Positions 34,978-45,447 of a stretch of 64,000 nt of DNA are shown piece by piece. The stretch lies in sequence record OR352942.1; one strand, written 5' to 3'. The stretch comes from Escherichia phage AV112. How positions within the stretch are numbered: position 1 is the stretch's first letter; each line of letters starts with the position of its first letter. The notes under the pieces are model-generated. The model had not been told where the DNA came from, ran no database searches, and was given only the letters and a program-made list of their open reading frames with translations. The translations under genes and the position numbers were made by a program.

Positions 34978-37689
34978 TCAAAAATCGAACATATCGAACA
35001 GAGATGCTTTCTTCTCGTAATCGAGTTTCGCTGCTGATGTGAATCCTTCAAGTGGTTTAATAAATGTCTTCTCAAGGAGAACAGTGTAGTCCATCCAATG
35101 AAGTACGTCGTCTTTAATTAAATCTGTGATTTCAGTACCAGAAGGCCATGCGATACATTTATCACCGAATGGGTTTCCTTCACGTAAAGGCAGAACATAT
35201 ACTTTTTCACCTTCTACAACTTGTGGTGCATCGATATTACCTTTGATAGCACGGTTATACGTCAGAATTCCACGAATATGGAATGGGCATTTAGGACCAG
35301 GGAATCCACCTACATCATATTTAGCAATGTTATTCGCAGAAGATACTGACGCGATGCTAATATAATTCAATTGACGGAATTCTTTTTCAAACTCTTTAAA
35401 ATATTCTTGTAATGATTCTTCGCCTTCCTGAAGCATACGACGAATACATTCTTTAAGAGCTTTCTGTACTGCTTTAGGAGTCGAAGATTTCTGAGTCTCT
35501 AGACCCATGATTTTGAGTTTAGGCTCAGCGTATCTGGTTCCTTCCATATCCCACACGTTTAATGCATAACGTTTCTTACCAGTCCAGAATCCACCAATAC
35601 CTTTAGAACCGAGTGGAGGCCCAGCGATAGCTTCTCGGTCCATGAACATTAAGTGTTGTTTATTGTTCATGTATTCACACATTTCACGGAAACCTCTATC
35701 AATAGCTGGTTCCATACGTTCACGTGCAAACTTATCTAAGAAGTCTACCCAATGGTTGGTATCACGGAATTTAGATTCACCAACCTTATCGATAATTTTA
35801 TCAGCAGATACGTAAATAGAGTCTGTATCACCATAAAGAACGAAAGCTTCACCTTCTGTGCCACAAACTTCATTCAGATATTCATTAACTTTACGTTCAA
35901 TCCACTGTAAAGCCATTTGCCCGAATGTTGTGATTGCAGTAGCATTACGCAAATCGTAATAACGGAACCAAACGTTGCCAAGTGCACCATAAAGTGAGTT
36001 GATAAGCAATTTACGGTTAATTTGGGCAGTCATACCTGCAACTTCAGTACGTTGAGCTCTAAACAACATTTCATTAAGAGATTTAGCAGACAACTTTTTA
36101 ATCTTTTCTTTAATCTCATCACTGAAGTCGAAACGATAATCAACATCTAATGGTTCGTCAACAGAAAGATTAGGATTATGCAATGCCTCTTTAATTATTT
36201 CACCATTACGTTGAGCTGCAAGCATGTAACCTTTATGTTCTTTACGTTGATTAAAGACCTTAGTGATTTCAGTTGGAACAACACCGTCACGGTCTTTATA
36301 ATACATCATGCCGTTAGGAGAACAACTGTACACATCAGAAGGACGTTCAGCAACAGCGTTAATATAATCATGTAATGGAGCTACTTTAAACGTTCCTGCT
36401 ATTGTTTCTGGGCTAATATTCACTTGGCGAATAATACTTGGATACAGAGATGTAAGGTCGAAACTCATTACATATTTGTATCGATTTGGAATAGGTTCCT
36501 TAACAAAAGCGCCGGGATAAGGTTGAACCGGATGAGAACGACCTTGTGGAATCACCTTGTTCTGCTCTTTAAGGCTATTAAAAATAATAGCATCCCATGT
36601 TTTAATTGGGCTAAACACAGATTGAATCTGTATCTTAGCATAATAACCCATGTCCAAACTCAAGTTGATGAACTGACGTTTAGCATCAATTTGCAATACA
36701 CGATACACGTCGATAATGTTATAAGAAATATATCGTTGGTGATTGCTTTCACGAAGCTTAGAAATAGGGCCGTCATATTTCAGTTTACCAACGTTCAATT
36801 CAAATTCTGAAATGTAATCCAGAGAATACGACGGTTGATTGGTAAAAGAGAATTTTTTGTAAAGGTCAATGTAATCAAGAACAGAGATACCGAACAATGT
36901 AATGATTTCACGAGAACCATACATGTTTTCGATAACTTTAACACGAGTTTTACGATGTGGTGATAAACGTTTCGCAGTAGATTCGCCAAAAATATTCTTG
37001 ATTCGGTTATACACATATGGAATATCAAATGACTCAACGTTCCATCCAGTCAAAATGACAGGAGTTTTCTGTTGCCAGAAGTTGAGATATTCCATCAACA
37101 ATTCTTTTTCGTTATCGAACGGCATATAAATGATTTTATCGATAATTTCGGATGGGACTTCATCACCGCCTTGTTCTTGAAGCTTAGCCGCAATTTCGAT
37201 AGACCATTCTTCCACATTCCCGTATGGAGAATTCAAAAGGTCAAATACGTAGAACCTGTCGTCAATTGAGTCATAATGAGTGATAGCATCAATCGGATGT
37301 TTTGCTTGTGACGGCTCAGGGAACCCGTCTGGAGATGTTACTTCGATGTCGAAGTTAGCCACACGAATTTTTGTATGGTCGTATTTGATTTCATAGTTAT
37401 AAGTGTCAGACAAATACGCCAATTTGAAATCGTCCATGCCAAGTGCTTCAAGTCCGATATCTTCCATGCGTTTAATCCATTGGGAGGCATCACGCATATT
37501 GGCGAACAACTTACGAGTACACGGCTTACCGTAGATATCGAAATATTTCGTAGCCTGACTTTCCGGACAATGAGCAAACAGTGATGGTTTATATTCTACT
37601 TCACGAGTACGTTCACGGCCGTTAGAATCGATGTAACGTTCAAAAATTGAATCACCAATCTGTTCAACCGTTAAGTAAAATTCTTTCAT
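34978..37689 (-). CDS. 43: DNA polymerase (family B) with 3'-5' exonuclease, 903 aa
   Basis: Exo motif FDIEV, polymerase motifs SLYPS and YGDTDS; size of T4 gp43. Confidence 0.95.
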   Translation of the reverse strand: MKEFYLTVEQIGDSIFERYIDSNGRERTREVEYKPSLFAHCPESQATKYFDIYGKPCTRKLFANMRDASQWIKRMEDIGLEALGMDDFKLAYLSDTYNYEIKYDHTKIRVANFDIEVTSPDGFPEPSQAKHPIDAITHYDSIDDRFYVFDLLNSPYGNVEEWSIEIAAKLQEQGGDEVPSEIIDKIIYMPFDNEKELLMEYLNFWQQKTPVILTGWNVESFDIPYVYNRIKNIFGESTAKRLSPHRKTRVKVIENMYGSREIITLFGISVLDYIDLYKKFSFTNQPSYSLDYISEFELNVGKLKYDGPISKLRESNHQRYISYNIIDVYRVLQIDAKRQFINLSLDMGYYAKIQIQSVFSPIKTWDAIIFNSLKEQNKVIPQGRSHPVQPYPGAFVKEPIPNRYKYVMSFDLTSLYPSIIRQVNISPETIAGTFKVAPLHDYINAVAERPSDVYSCSPNGMMYYKDRDGVVPTEITKVFNQRKEHKGYMLAAQRNGEIIKEALHNPNLSVDEPLDVDYRFDFSDEIKEKIKKLSAKSLNEMLFRAQRTEVAGMTAQINRKLLINSLYGALGNVWFRYYDLRNATAITTFGQMALQWIERKVNEYLNEVCGTEGEAFVLYGDTDSIYVSADKIIDKVGESKFRDTNHWVDFLDKFARERMEPAIDRGFREMCEYMNNKQHLMFMDREAIAGPPLGSKGIGGFWTGKKRYALNVWDMEGTRYAEPKLKIMGLETQKSSTPKAVQKALKECIRRMLQEGEESLQEYFKEFEKEFRQLNYISIASVSSANNIAKYDVGGFPGPKCPFHIRGILTYNRAIKGNIDAPQVVEGEKVYVLPLREGNPFGDKCIAWPSGTEITDLIKDDVLHWMDYTVLLEKTFIKPLEGFTSAAKLDYEKKASLFDMFDF

Positions 37690-37720
37690 TTAATTTCCTT
37701 TAGACGAGTTATTGTCTTTT
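37690..37720 (-). promoter_or_regulatory. gene 43 translational operator hairpin plus Shine-Dalgarno
   Basis: Minus strand AGAC-AAUAACUC-GUCU followed by AAAGGAAAUUAAAUG; the 8-nt loop equals the wild-type T4 gp43 operator loop as I recall it from the SELEX literature. Confidence 0.55.
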
Positions 37721-37747
37721 GTTTGTTGATGAACTTATTATACTCCA

Positions 37748-37767
37748 AATGGGACCGAAGTCCCATT
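37748..37767 (-). terminator. UUCG-tetraloop hairpin immediately downstream of regA
   Basis: Minus strand ATGGGAC-ttcg-GTCCCAT; a TATAAT -10 (37737-37742) follows. Confidence 0.45.
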
Positions 37768-37770
37768 GCT

Positions 37771-38139
37771 TTAATTACCAATTGTATATTTTGCTTTCAA
37801 AGTCCAGTCATCTTTCTGTTTAAAAGAGATAACACGGAAGTTATTAGTCAGACCAAACAGATCTTCACGAGCAGAGTCTTCAATAACAATCAATCCCCAG
37901 TCTTCAAGCAACTGAGCAATCGAATCACGTCGCTGATAGTCTTCACCATCAATATCAACCTGACGTCCATCCATACGCAGCATTTCTTTAAAGTGGACGA
38001 TATAGTATTTACCTTGCTTTTGGAGGATATGACAAGACTGGTAAAGGACTTTATCCTTGTTATTAGCGATGCCCATACGGGTCAAAGTCTCTTTGACTTT
38101 CAGAAAATCTTCAGGGTTCTTCAATTTAATTTCAATCAT
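37771..38139 (-). CDS. regA: RegA translational repressor (122 aa)
   Basis: 122 aa, identical length to T4 RegA; syntenic between 62 and 43. Confidence 0.8.
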   Translation of the reverse strand: MIEIKLKNPEDFLKVKETLTRMGIANNKDKVLYQSCHILQKQGKYYIVHFKEMLRMDGRQVDIDGEDYQRRDSIAQLLEDWGLIVIEDSAREDLFGLTNNFRVISFKQKDDWTLKAKYTIGN

Positions 38140-38142
38140 TTT

Positions 38143-38706
38143 TTACCATTCCAATGCTATTTTTTTAAATTGTTTTTGTTCTTTCACATTTTTTGTAACT
38201 TCTTTGAGAAACTCATCAGTGACCATGGCCTTCAGTTCTTTAAGGACTATTGGCAACTTGTTATTTTTTTCAAGGAGCCGCTTATACTCAGTAGCATCAT
38301 TCATGTTTATTGTGTAATGTTTCATCAACAGTTTGATAACTAGTAACTCTGAAGTGTCTTCGACTAGTTTAGCCCATTTAGAGAATCGACGACCACGCGG
38401 AATTGCCGCCATCATATAGTTGAAGTGCGCTTCATCACTTAATTCAGAACCGACTAAGTTCATCATGTAAACAGCTGGCATACATTCTGGGAACTGGGAT
38501 AATGAGTTCTCAACCATAAATTTTGAGTAGTCGACCTGAGCAATTGACATAGATTTCTTTTCATTAATAGCATTAATGATTTTAAAGAATTCGTTCTCAG
38601 GTTTTTCTTTAAACATATCAGCACATTTTTGAATCGCATCAGCGTCATTAGACTTCCATGCAATTTGGTGCTCGTTAAGCCGGACGTCATCATCGAATAA
38701 GTTCAT
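38143..38706 (-). CDS. 62: clamp-loader small subunit (187 aa)
   Basis: Length identical to T4 gp62; follows gene 44 with a 2-nt gap. Confidence 0.75.
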   Translation of the reverse strand: MNLFDDDVRLNEHQIAWKSNDADAIQKCADMFKEKPENEFFKIINAINEKKSMSIAQVDYSKFMVENSLSQFPECMPAVYMMNLVGSELSDEAHFNYMMAAIPRGRRFSKWAKLVEDTSELLVIKLLMKHYTINMNDATEYKRLLEKNNKLPIVLKELKAMVTDEFLKEVTKNVKEQKQFKKIALEW

Positions 38707-38707
38707 A

Positions 38708-39670
38708 TTATTTCCAAGTCAGTTCGCATGTCAGTTGAAGAAGCATATACATAACATGTAATTCAATATTACTTGCTAATCCATGAAACTTATTGTTTTC
38801 GCCTGCAATTTCATAAAGCGAAATAATACTTTTACCAGGTGCAACTTGGTCATAACATTCTGAAACTAATTTATCGATGAACCATGAATAATCTGCGGCA
38901 TATTTTGGAGCTAATGCACGAAGCTGTTTGATATCTTTGTTCTTCATTGCTTCGATAACATCAGAGACTGTGCCACGGTCATTAGTTACGATAGACAAAA
39001 TACCCGCATCAAGAACACCTTTAGACGAGTACTGGTCTAATTGGCCAATTGTGCGACGAAAGTCCGGGAAGTTCTTTTTAACCAGAGCTGCAACAACTTT
39101 CATATCAGCGATTTCGATATTTTCGTTCTTACAAATTTCAACCATACGATGAATCATTTTCTTCATCATCGATATTTTATCTTCTTCGGTTGGACGTCCG
39201 AATTCGATAACTCGACAACGACTACGTAATGGTTCAATAATTCCATCGATGTTGTTAGCAGTAATAATAATAGAGCAGTTACTAGAGAATTCTTCCATAA
39301 ACGTACGAAGGTGACGTTGTGATTCGGCGAGGCCACTACGGTCAAATTCATCAATAACAATAACTTTCGGCTTGCCTTCCATTGAGACTGAACGAGCGAA
39401 TGCGGTTAACGGTCCCCGTACAAAATCAATCTTACAATCAGAACCGTTGACGAACATCATTTCGGCATTGATATCATTACATAATGCTTTTGCTACGGTT
39501 GTTTTACCTGTACCAGGAGAAGGAGAGTGCAAAATAATATGAGGAAGTTTTCCTTTAGATACTAAAGACTTGAATGTTTCATGGTCATACGCAGGCAGAA
39601 TACATTCGTCAATGGAAGAAGGACGATATTTCTGTTCTAGAATGTGTTCTTTGGAATTGATAGTAATCAT
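38708..39670 (-). CDS. 44: clamp-loader ATPase (AAA+), 320 aa
   Basis: Walker [11 protein letters not shown], Walker [12 protein letters not shown]-like motif RSRC. Confidence 0.9.
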   Translation of the reverse strand: MITINSKEHILEQKYRPSSIDECILPAYDHETFKSLVSKGKLPHIILHSPSPGTGKTTVAKALCNDINAEMMFVNGSDCKIDFVRGPLTAFARSVSMEGKPKVIVIDEFDRSGLAESQRHLRTFMEEFSSNCSIIITANNIDGIIEPLRSRCRVIEFGRPTEEDKISMMKKMIHRMVEICKNENIEIADMKVVAALVKKNFPDFRRTIGQLDQYSSKGVLDAGILSIVTNDRGTVSDVIEAMKNKDIKQLRALAPKYAADYSWFIDKLVSECYDQVAPGKSIISLYEIAGENNKFHGLASNIELHVMYMLLQLTCELTWK

Positions 39671-39745
39671 GTAATTTTCCTCATTAACATTAAACTGGAG
39701 GATTTCTCCTCCATAATCATATCACAATAAACGTAAAGCTTTGAC

Positions 39746-40432
39746 TTAGAAGTCGTGAGTAGAATCGGCTTCCATAGCAATAACATAACTTACTTGAGAG
39801 CTTTCAAACTTGGCTGCAACTTTATCACCAGCTCCCCACAACATTACTTTATAGTTACCTGGCTGGATTTTCATATTAGCCATATTGATTACGAAGTTAA
39901 AATTGTTAGAACCGTCATAATCGGTAAGAGTCAAAGAATACTTAGGACGAGTTAGTCCAGAATCTTCAACTTTATTATAGCCATTGATAACAATTTTACC
40001 ATCTTTATTTGTAATAGCAATTGTATCAATCTGAAGACCACGTGAAACTCGAAGCAATTGTTGAAGGTCTTCAGCTTTAATTTCAGTAATCACAGAAGCC
40101 ACTGGGAATTGAATTGGTTTATTAGGAAAAACAATGGTGCTCTTGTCAGCGGCAGGCCAATAAACCGTGGAACGTGTATCTGCAATTTTAATATTACCAT
40201 CGGTGTGCATTGAAATTTCAGCATCATCAGACACTAGACTCAAAATGCTTAAGAAGCTATTCAAATCATAAAGTGCTACGTCAAAATCAATTTCATCGGA
40301 GATATTTGCTTCCGCATAAGTGGTGCCATTAACTGCACGAGTCATAATAAATTTACCTTGACTCAGCAGAATGCCGGAGTTAATAGAGGCAAAGTTTTTC
40401 AGAATAGCGATAGTATCTTTAGACAGTTTCAT
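39746..40432 (-). CDS. 45: sliding clamp (about 228 aa; start at MKLSKD)
   Basis: Size and N-terminus match T4 gp45 as recalled; TATAAACT late-like element upstream. Confidence 0.8.
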   Translation of the reverse strand: MKLSKDTIAILKNFASINSGILLSQGKFIMTRAVNGTTYAEANISDEIDFDVALYDLNSFLSILSLVSDDAEISMHTDGNIKIADTRSTVYWPAADKSTIVFPNKPIQFPVASVITEIKAEDLQQLLRVSRGLQIDTIAITNKDGKIVINGYNKVEDSGLTRPKYSLTLTDYDGSNNFNFVINMANMKIQPGNYKVMLWGAGDKVAAKFESSQVSYVIAMEADSTHDF

Positions 40433-40474
40433 TTTATTTCCTTTCAAGACAATTCAAAGTTTATAACAAATTTA

Positions 40475-40891
40475 TTACGCAGCAACCATTTGCTTTTTAA
40501 TAGCTTCAGGCAGTGATTCAATATATTCTGGAATTTTAGAAGCAACAATTTCGCCAGCTGCAATTAGTTGTTCGTCGGCATCAACACAGTAGAAATCTTC
40601 CAGACGCTCAGAACCATCTTTATCAAGAACGATTTTTCCGCCGGCTTCAATAGAATCTTTATAGTGCTTACGCATCAGATGAATCCACATATCAGATACA
40701 TCATTATCAATAAAACCATAAATCATAAAACGAGTTTCTTGTGGCAAAGATTGGAGTTTTTTAGCACTTGCGTCATCACAATGCAGGACCCATGCTTTAC
40801 GAACACGATTATGGTTATGTGGGTTAGCGTCAGTACGGATAGAAGTAACTTTCAGATCAGCAGCGGTGAAACCTTTAGCAGTAGTAAACAT
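40475..40891 (-). CDS. hypothetical protein (138 aa); RpbA position
   Basis: ORF between 45 and 45.2-like as in T4; no motif recognised. Confidence 0.4.
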   Translation of the reverse strand: MFTTAKGFTAADLKVTSIRTDANPHNHNRVRKAWVLHCDDASAKKLQSLPQETRFMIYGFIDNDVSDMWIHLMRKHYKDSIEAGGKIVLDKDGSERLEDFYCVDADEQLIAAGEIVASKIPEYIESLPEAIKKQMVAA

Positions 40892-40903
40892 ATTATTTCT
40901 CTC

Positions 40904-41104
40904 TTATTCGTAGAAGTCGGTAACTGTCCATGCGGAATTGCGATTAGACATTATTTTATTATACTCATCTTTAAAAGCAGATTTGAGCATTTGTTCAGTA
41001 ACAATATGTTCTTCACCTGAAAACGTATTGGTCAAAACATATTTTTTAATTTCAGGGACAACGAGAAGATGTTGGCCGGTTGAATACTCCATGTTGTTCT
41101 CCAT
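40904..41104 (-). CDS. hypothetical protein (66 aa), 45.2 position
   Basis: ORF-track ORF. Confidence 0.4.
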   Translation of the reverse strand: MENNMEYSTGQHLLVVPEIKKYVLTNTFSGEEHIVTEQMLKSAFKDEYNKIMSNRNSAWTVTDFYE

Positions 41105-41146
41105 TTAATTTGATGTGGTCATTATAACCACATCTTGTTAAAGCGT

Positions 41147-42835
41147 TTATGAAACAGTCATTACCGTAAATCGTCCAACTTTGCTCATTTGAAGATGTTG
41201 TCCATAACGTTGAGGGTCATGGTCTCGATGAGAGATAATGAACACATTAGTATTTTGTAAACTTCCAAGAATGGTATCTATAGCCTTAACAGCCTCAGAA
41301 TCGACAGCACCATCAAAAACCTCATCAAGAATCAGAGTGTTGATTTTAACACCAGAGACCTTTTCAGCAATATCTCGCCATGTAAACAACAATGCGATAT
41401 CGATACGTGCCTTTTCACCTTGACTAAATGAAGCATAACTAAAATCTTCACGACCACGTGATTTTATAGATTCATTGAATTCTTCGTCAATAGAAAACAC
41501 GTAATCAGCTTCCATGATTTTAAGATAATAGTTAATCTGCTTGTTGAACAGAGGCACATATTTTTTAATGATAGCACCTTTAATACCAGAATCTTTTAAC
41601 ATATCTGTGATAATACCACGATGGTATTTTTCAAGAACGATATCAGATTTTGTTTTAATGATTTTATCAAGTTCTTTTTGAAGCAAAGCTATCTCATCAG
41701 CATGGTCGATAAATTCCGCCGAGGCTTGTTCTATTGCAGCTTTAACTTTCTTAGCTTTATCAATAGTGGCAATCATTGCTTGTTTCTTGGTACGAATATC
41801 AGATGCAAGGTCCTGTTTAGTCTTAACATTAGCTCTATATTCGTCCACTAGGACACTCAGATTATCTCTGTGGCATGTAAGTTGCTCGAATGAGTGATTA
41901 CATTCGTGAAGCTTATCGGTAATCTTAGAGACAATAGGATCACCCTGGTGCAACTGCGATGCACAAGTAGGACATGTACCACCATCATGATACATCTTAA
42001 TAACTTTGTTATATGAGTCGATTTTAGATTTAATCAAGAATGCTTCTTGTCCGATCTTGTTGAATGCCTCAGTAGGGTCTTCGTCAAGAACGATATTAAG
42101 TAGACGCTCATTAGCTTCTTCAATTTCTGCTTTTAATGAACGAGCTTCTTTGGCTAGGTCGTCATACATATTCTGTAGACGCGCTACATTATCACCAGAT
42201 AATTTCTTTTGTCGTTCGATATTCTCGTTATAAATCTTAATTTGTTGGATAACACCATCTTTCTTGGCATCGAGAACTTGTCCCTGGGAATTAAGTTCTC
42301 GAACTTGAGACTTATTGATTTTATCCATTTCAGCGAGTGTGCCGACTTCTAAAAGGTCTTCGACAAGTTTTCTGCGAGCAGGGGTGCTAAGAGCCATGAA
42401 AGGGGTATACCCTGCCGTCCCAAGCACAACGATTTGTTTAAAAGACGCGTATGACATTCCGATGCTGCGTTCAAATTCTTCTTGGAAGTCACGACTGCTG
42501 GCAGATTCATCAAGACGAACACCGTCAACGGAGATTTCGAAAATATTGGGCTTTTGGCCACGTTTAATGAAGTATTTTTTACCATCGAATTCCATCCAAA
42601 GCTCAACTAAGAGCTCTTTCTTGTTCGTGCTATTAATGATTTGCCCTTTCTTAACATCACGAAATGGTTTACCGAAAAGTCCGAAAGTAATGGCTTCTAA
42701 CATCGTAGATTTGCCACCACCATTTTTACCAGTGATTAATGTCTTTTGGACTTTATCTAATTGGATATCGATAAAATTTTGCCCAACAGACATTATATTT
42801 TTATAACGAACACGATTTAATTTAAATGTTTTCAC
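41147..42835 (-). CDS. 46: recombination endonuclease subunit (Rad50/SbcC-like ATPase), 562 aa
   Basis: Walker A GKNGGGKST, long coiled-coil with CPTC zinc hook, Walker B/signature LILDEVFD. Confidence 0.9.
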   Translation of the reverse strand: MKTFKLNRVRYKNIMSVGQNFIDIQLDKVQKTLITGKNGGGKSTMLEAITFGLFGKPFRDVKKGQIINSTNKKELLVELWMEFDGKKYFIKRGQKPNIFEISVDGVRLDESASSRDFQEEFERSIGMSYASFKQIVVLGTAGYTPFMALSTPARRKLVEDLLEVGTLAEMDKINKSQVRELNSQGQVLDAKKDGVIQQIKIYNENIERQKKLSGDNVARLQNMYDDLAKEARSLKAEIEEANERLLNIVLDEDPTEAFNKIGQEAFLIKSKIDSYNKVIKMYHDGGTCPTCASQLHQGDPIVSKITDKLHECNHSFEQLTCHRDNLSVLVDEYRANVKTKQDLASDIRTKKQAMIATIDKAKKVKAAIEQASAEFIDHADEIALLQKELDKIIKTKSDIVLEKYHRGIITDMLKDSGIKGAIIKKYVPLFNKQINYYLKIMEADYVFSIDEEFNESIKSRGREDFSYASFSQGEKARIDIALLFTWRDIAEKVSGVKINTLILDEVFDGAVDSEAVKAIDTILGSLQNTNVFIISHRDHDPQRYGQHLQMSKVGRFTVMTVS

Positions 42836-43697
42836 TTAAATTTTTCCTCATGAATTCAGAAACTAAAGCCTGTAAAGAACTTTGTATAGGATATCCTAAA
42901 TTGACTAAATTTTTAGAAAAAGTCACATATTTAGGTTTGTTCATTTTAACCCATTCATCGTAAAGCATATCAAAATTTTCCCAATGATATCCTTTTCTTC
43001 TAGATTTCAAATGAGTGTCTCTAACTTTAGGATTTTTCCAACTGCGTGAAACTCCAGCCGATAATGATTCTCTATATTCGGCTGTTTTAGATATTTTACG
43101 ACAAGCATCCAAATGTTTTTGTTTATTAATAGGGTCACTAAACCACTTTTGGGTCATAATAGAGACGGTTTCTTTAAATTCCTTTGAACTTGTCATAATT
43201 CTGTGTTTCTTTAAATTTTCCGGATTTTTAAACCATGCTTTTAAAGCTTGACTAATCTTAATTCTATTATCCTGATTGGAATAGTATAATGTCATTTTTA
43301 TAGAATTAACTTTACAAACATTTTCGAATTCTAAAGAATACGCCTCGGCTATATTATTTAGTTCATGCGTTGTACAATTTAAATTAAATCGCCCGGTATA
43401 CATTCTTTGAAGCGCGTTAATCATCTTGTGGTTGCCAGTTTTTGCCAAAATGCTATGTGCAATAAAATGGTTATAATGACTTAAATGACACAAGTTCCAT
43501 TTACATGTTTTAAAATCTGGAAAAATAGATTTTGGTAGTATATGGTGAACCTGAGTCAGTCCTTTTACTTTATTAGTTGAATTAGTTTTTATAAAGTTTA
43601 AATACTCATCAAGTCCTTCCCACGAAGGGAAGGAGGTTTTAAGAATTTTATAAATTTGAGTTTCATAATCAGTCTTCGTCATTATACGCGTCCTCAA
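42822..43697 (-). CDS. freestanding HNH homing endonuclease with C-terminal NUMOD-like repeats (291 aa)
   Basis: HNH motif VHHILPKS...WNLCHLSHYNHFIAHS; three repeats of W(F/K)(K/S)(N/D)P...KH; overlaps the gene 46 start. Confidence 0.65.
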   Translation of the reverse strand: MRTRIMTKTDYETQIYKILKTSFPSWEGLDEYLNFIKTNSTNKVKGLTQVHHILPKSIFPDFKTCKWNLCHLSHYNHFIAHSILAKTGNHKMINALQRMYTGRFNLNCTTHELNNIAEAYSLEFENVCKVNSIKMTLYYSNQDNRIKISQALKAWFKNPENLKKHRIMTSSKEFKETVSIMTQKWFSDPINKQKHLDACRKISKTAEYRESLSAGVSRSWKNPKVRDTHLKSRRKGYHWENFDMLYDEWVKMNKPKYVTFSKNLVNLGYPIQSSLQALVSEFMRKNLSENI

Positions 43698-43926
43698 TAC
43701 ACGCTTCAGCCATTTTAAGAATAGAGCCAGGAGTATCGTTGTCCATTATATTAAAGCTAAATTCAACAGCCCAGTCGGTGCAGACATGAACTGCTTTAAC
43801 TTCATTACCTTCAACGCGTAATGGCTCAATCCAATACTTGATAGTGTTCTCGAATCCATCATCATCTTTAACGTCCATTTCAACTTCAAGCCTGAGTCCA
43901 GCATTGTTAAATTCATCTAAAGTCAT
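43669..43926 (-). CDS. hypothetical acidic protein (85 aa)
   Basis: ORF between gene 47 and the HNH gene. Confidence 0.4.
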   Translation of the reverse strand: MTLDEFNNAGLRLEVEMDVKDDDGFENTIKYWIEPLRVEGNEVKAVHVCTDWAVEFSFNIMDNDTPGSILKMAEACIEDAYNDED

Positions 43927-44942
43927 TGTGTTGCCTCAATATAAAGTTCGTTGGAATATTTGACCAGCGCTTCTCTGTCTTCGTCTGAGATATCTGGAAT
44001 CGCGTCAATATATTCTTTAATGATATCTTGAAGAGATTTAATCTCGATTTCCTGGTCGTCATCAGATTCAACACTGTTATCAACTTTAGAAACCATACGA
44101 AGAGAGTGAACTACTTTTTCAAGTTCAGATTCAAACTTAGTCAACTCTGAATCAATTTCTGATACTATAACACGTACGGCTAGATTAGTATAATCAGAAT
44201 AATTGATTTTGCCTTTAAACGGATAAGTGATTCGTCGATGCCATGTTGTTTCGTTAGGAATAAATTCCATACGTTCAACATCAGTGTCAAATACCCAAAA
44301 TCCGCGCGGGTCGTTCTCATCACCTGCAGTAAGGGTCCATGGTGTCCCAATATATTTGACGTTAGCAGCTTCAGAGATTGTGTGGAAGTGGCCGGACCAG
44401 ACTTGTTTATAGGTCTTTAAGAAATCAGGTTCAAGCCCATGAGACTTCATTCCTTTATAGAAATAAAAACCATTCAGTTCCCAGTGCCCAACACAATACG
44501 CTGCGGAAGAAGTCTTGATGTGCTCTAAGATTTCACCTGTATTTTCTTCGCACATCCATGGAACGATATCAATCAGACATCCGTCAAAATCTACAGTAGT
44601 TGGATGCTCGTAAATAGTAAAGTTTTCAAATTGAGTTAACAATTCAGAAACAGTGTTAGGTGTTATTGTATTCTTAAACGCCATGTCATGGTTTCCTATC
44701 GTGACATGAACGTGAATGCCTGCTTTAGAAATCATATCAACGATTTCACGATTGAATTCCATTGTACGATGTGTTATTGCTTTACGGACGTCAAACCAAT
44801 CACCGTACTGAATCCAAGTTTTAATCCCATGTTTCTTAGAGTATTCAATTGCTTGACGAATACCATCACGTTGAATATCTTGAACCCATGGGTCGTCTTG
44901 TTTGACTCCGATATGGAAGTCGCCTAAGTGCAAAATTTTCAT
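43923..44942 (-). CDS. 47: recombination endonuclease subunit (Mre11/SbcD-like phosphoesterase), 339 aa
   Basis: Calcineurin-like motifs LHLGDFH, GDWFD, GNHD; size equals T4 gp47. Confidence 0.9.
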   Translation of the reverse strand: MKILHLGDFHIGVKQDDPWVQDIQRDGIRQAIEYSKKHGIKTWIQYGDWFDVRKAITHRTMEFNREIVDMISKAGIHVHVTIGNHDMAFKNTITPNTVSELLTQFENFTIYEHPTTVDFDGCLIDIVPWMCEENTGEILEHIKTSSAAYCVGHWELNGFYFYKGMKSHGLEPDFLKTYKQVWSGHFHTISEAANVKYIGTPWTLTAGDENDPRGFWVFDTDVERMEFIPNETTWHRRITYPFKGKINYSDYTNLAVRVIVSEIDSELTKFESELEKVVHSLRMVSKVDNSVESDDDQEIEIKSLQDIIKEYIDAIPDISDEDREALVKYSNELYIEATQ

Positions 44943-44966
44943 ATTATTTCCTCATTAGTTAATTCA

Positions 44967-44993
44967 TTCTATCATCCGCTTATAAAGCAAAAA
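44967..44993 (-). promoter_or_regulatory. MotA-dependent middle promoter for gene 47
   Basis: Minus strand tttTGCTTTA - 11 nt - TAGAAT, immediately after the terminator U-run; same architecture as the gene 39 promoter. Confidence 0.55.
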
Positions 44994-45014
44994 AAGGAAC
45001 TCCGAAGAGTTCCT
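44985..45014 (-). terminator. rho-independent UUCG-tetraloop terminator
   Basis: Minus strand AGGAACTC-ttcg-GAGTTCCT followed by TTTTTTG. Confidence 0.65.
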
Positions 45015-45186
45015 ATCCACATAGTACACCATACAGAGGCTCATTTGAACTTTTAAATCGAATGGGCTTGTATGTAATAGTTCCTTCGGCTTTAGCTTTA
45101 TCATAAGACTCTTTAAAACGCCTCATTCTTTCTGCTTTGCCTTTACGGATTTTATCGAAATTTTCAGAGGTCAGGTCGTTCGTCAT
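45013..45186 (-). CDS. small basic protein (57 aa), below ORF-track cutoff
   Basis: Hand translation MTNDLTSENFDKIRKGKAERMRRFKESYDKAKAEGTITYKPIRFKSSNEPLYGVLCG; GAGGTG Shine-Dalgarno. Confidence 0.35.
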   Translation of the reverse strand: MTNDLTSENFDKIRKGKAERMRRFKESYDKAKAEGTITYKPIRFKSSNEPLYGVLCG

Positions 45187-45225
45187 GCATAATCACCTCT
45201 CAGAAAATACCTAAATCGATTTCTC

Positions 45226-45447
45226 TCATCGTTTCCACCATTTCTTAACTTGAAATGAGTCAACCCACACGAGTTGTTTTGGGTCGGCCCTTACAACAGG
45301 TGGACAAATTTCTGTAATAGAACTGTCGTGATATTCCTTTTCAGAGATTTTAACACAAAGAGGACCTCCCAATTTAAGGGTGAACCCTGCGTTCAGCTTA
45401 AGACGTTTAAACTTTGTTTGAACTAGCGCCATTAATGATGTCCTCAA
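45226..45447 (-). CDS. hypothetical protein (73 aa)
   Basis: ORF-track ORF. Confidence 0.35.
   Translation of the reverse strand: MRTSLMALVQTKFKRLKLNAGFTLKLGGPLCVKISEKEYHDSSITEICPPVVRADPKQLVWVDSFQVKKWWKR

Noticed and set aside
37765-37793. Plus-strand TGCTTTA and TGCTTTC sequences inside the 3' end of regA
   Set aside because: No suitably spaced -10 for the second, and both lie within coding sequence; probably chance occurrences in AT-rich DNA
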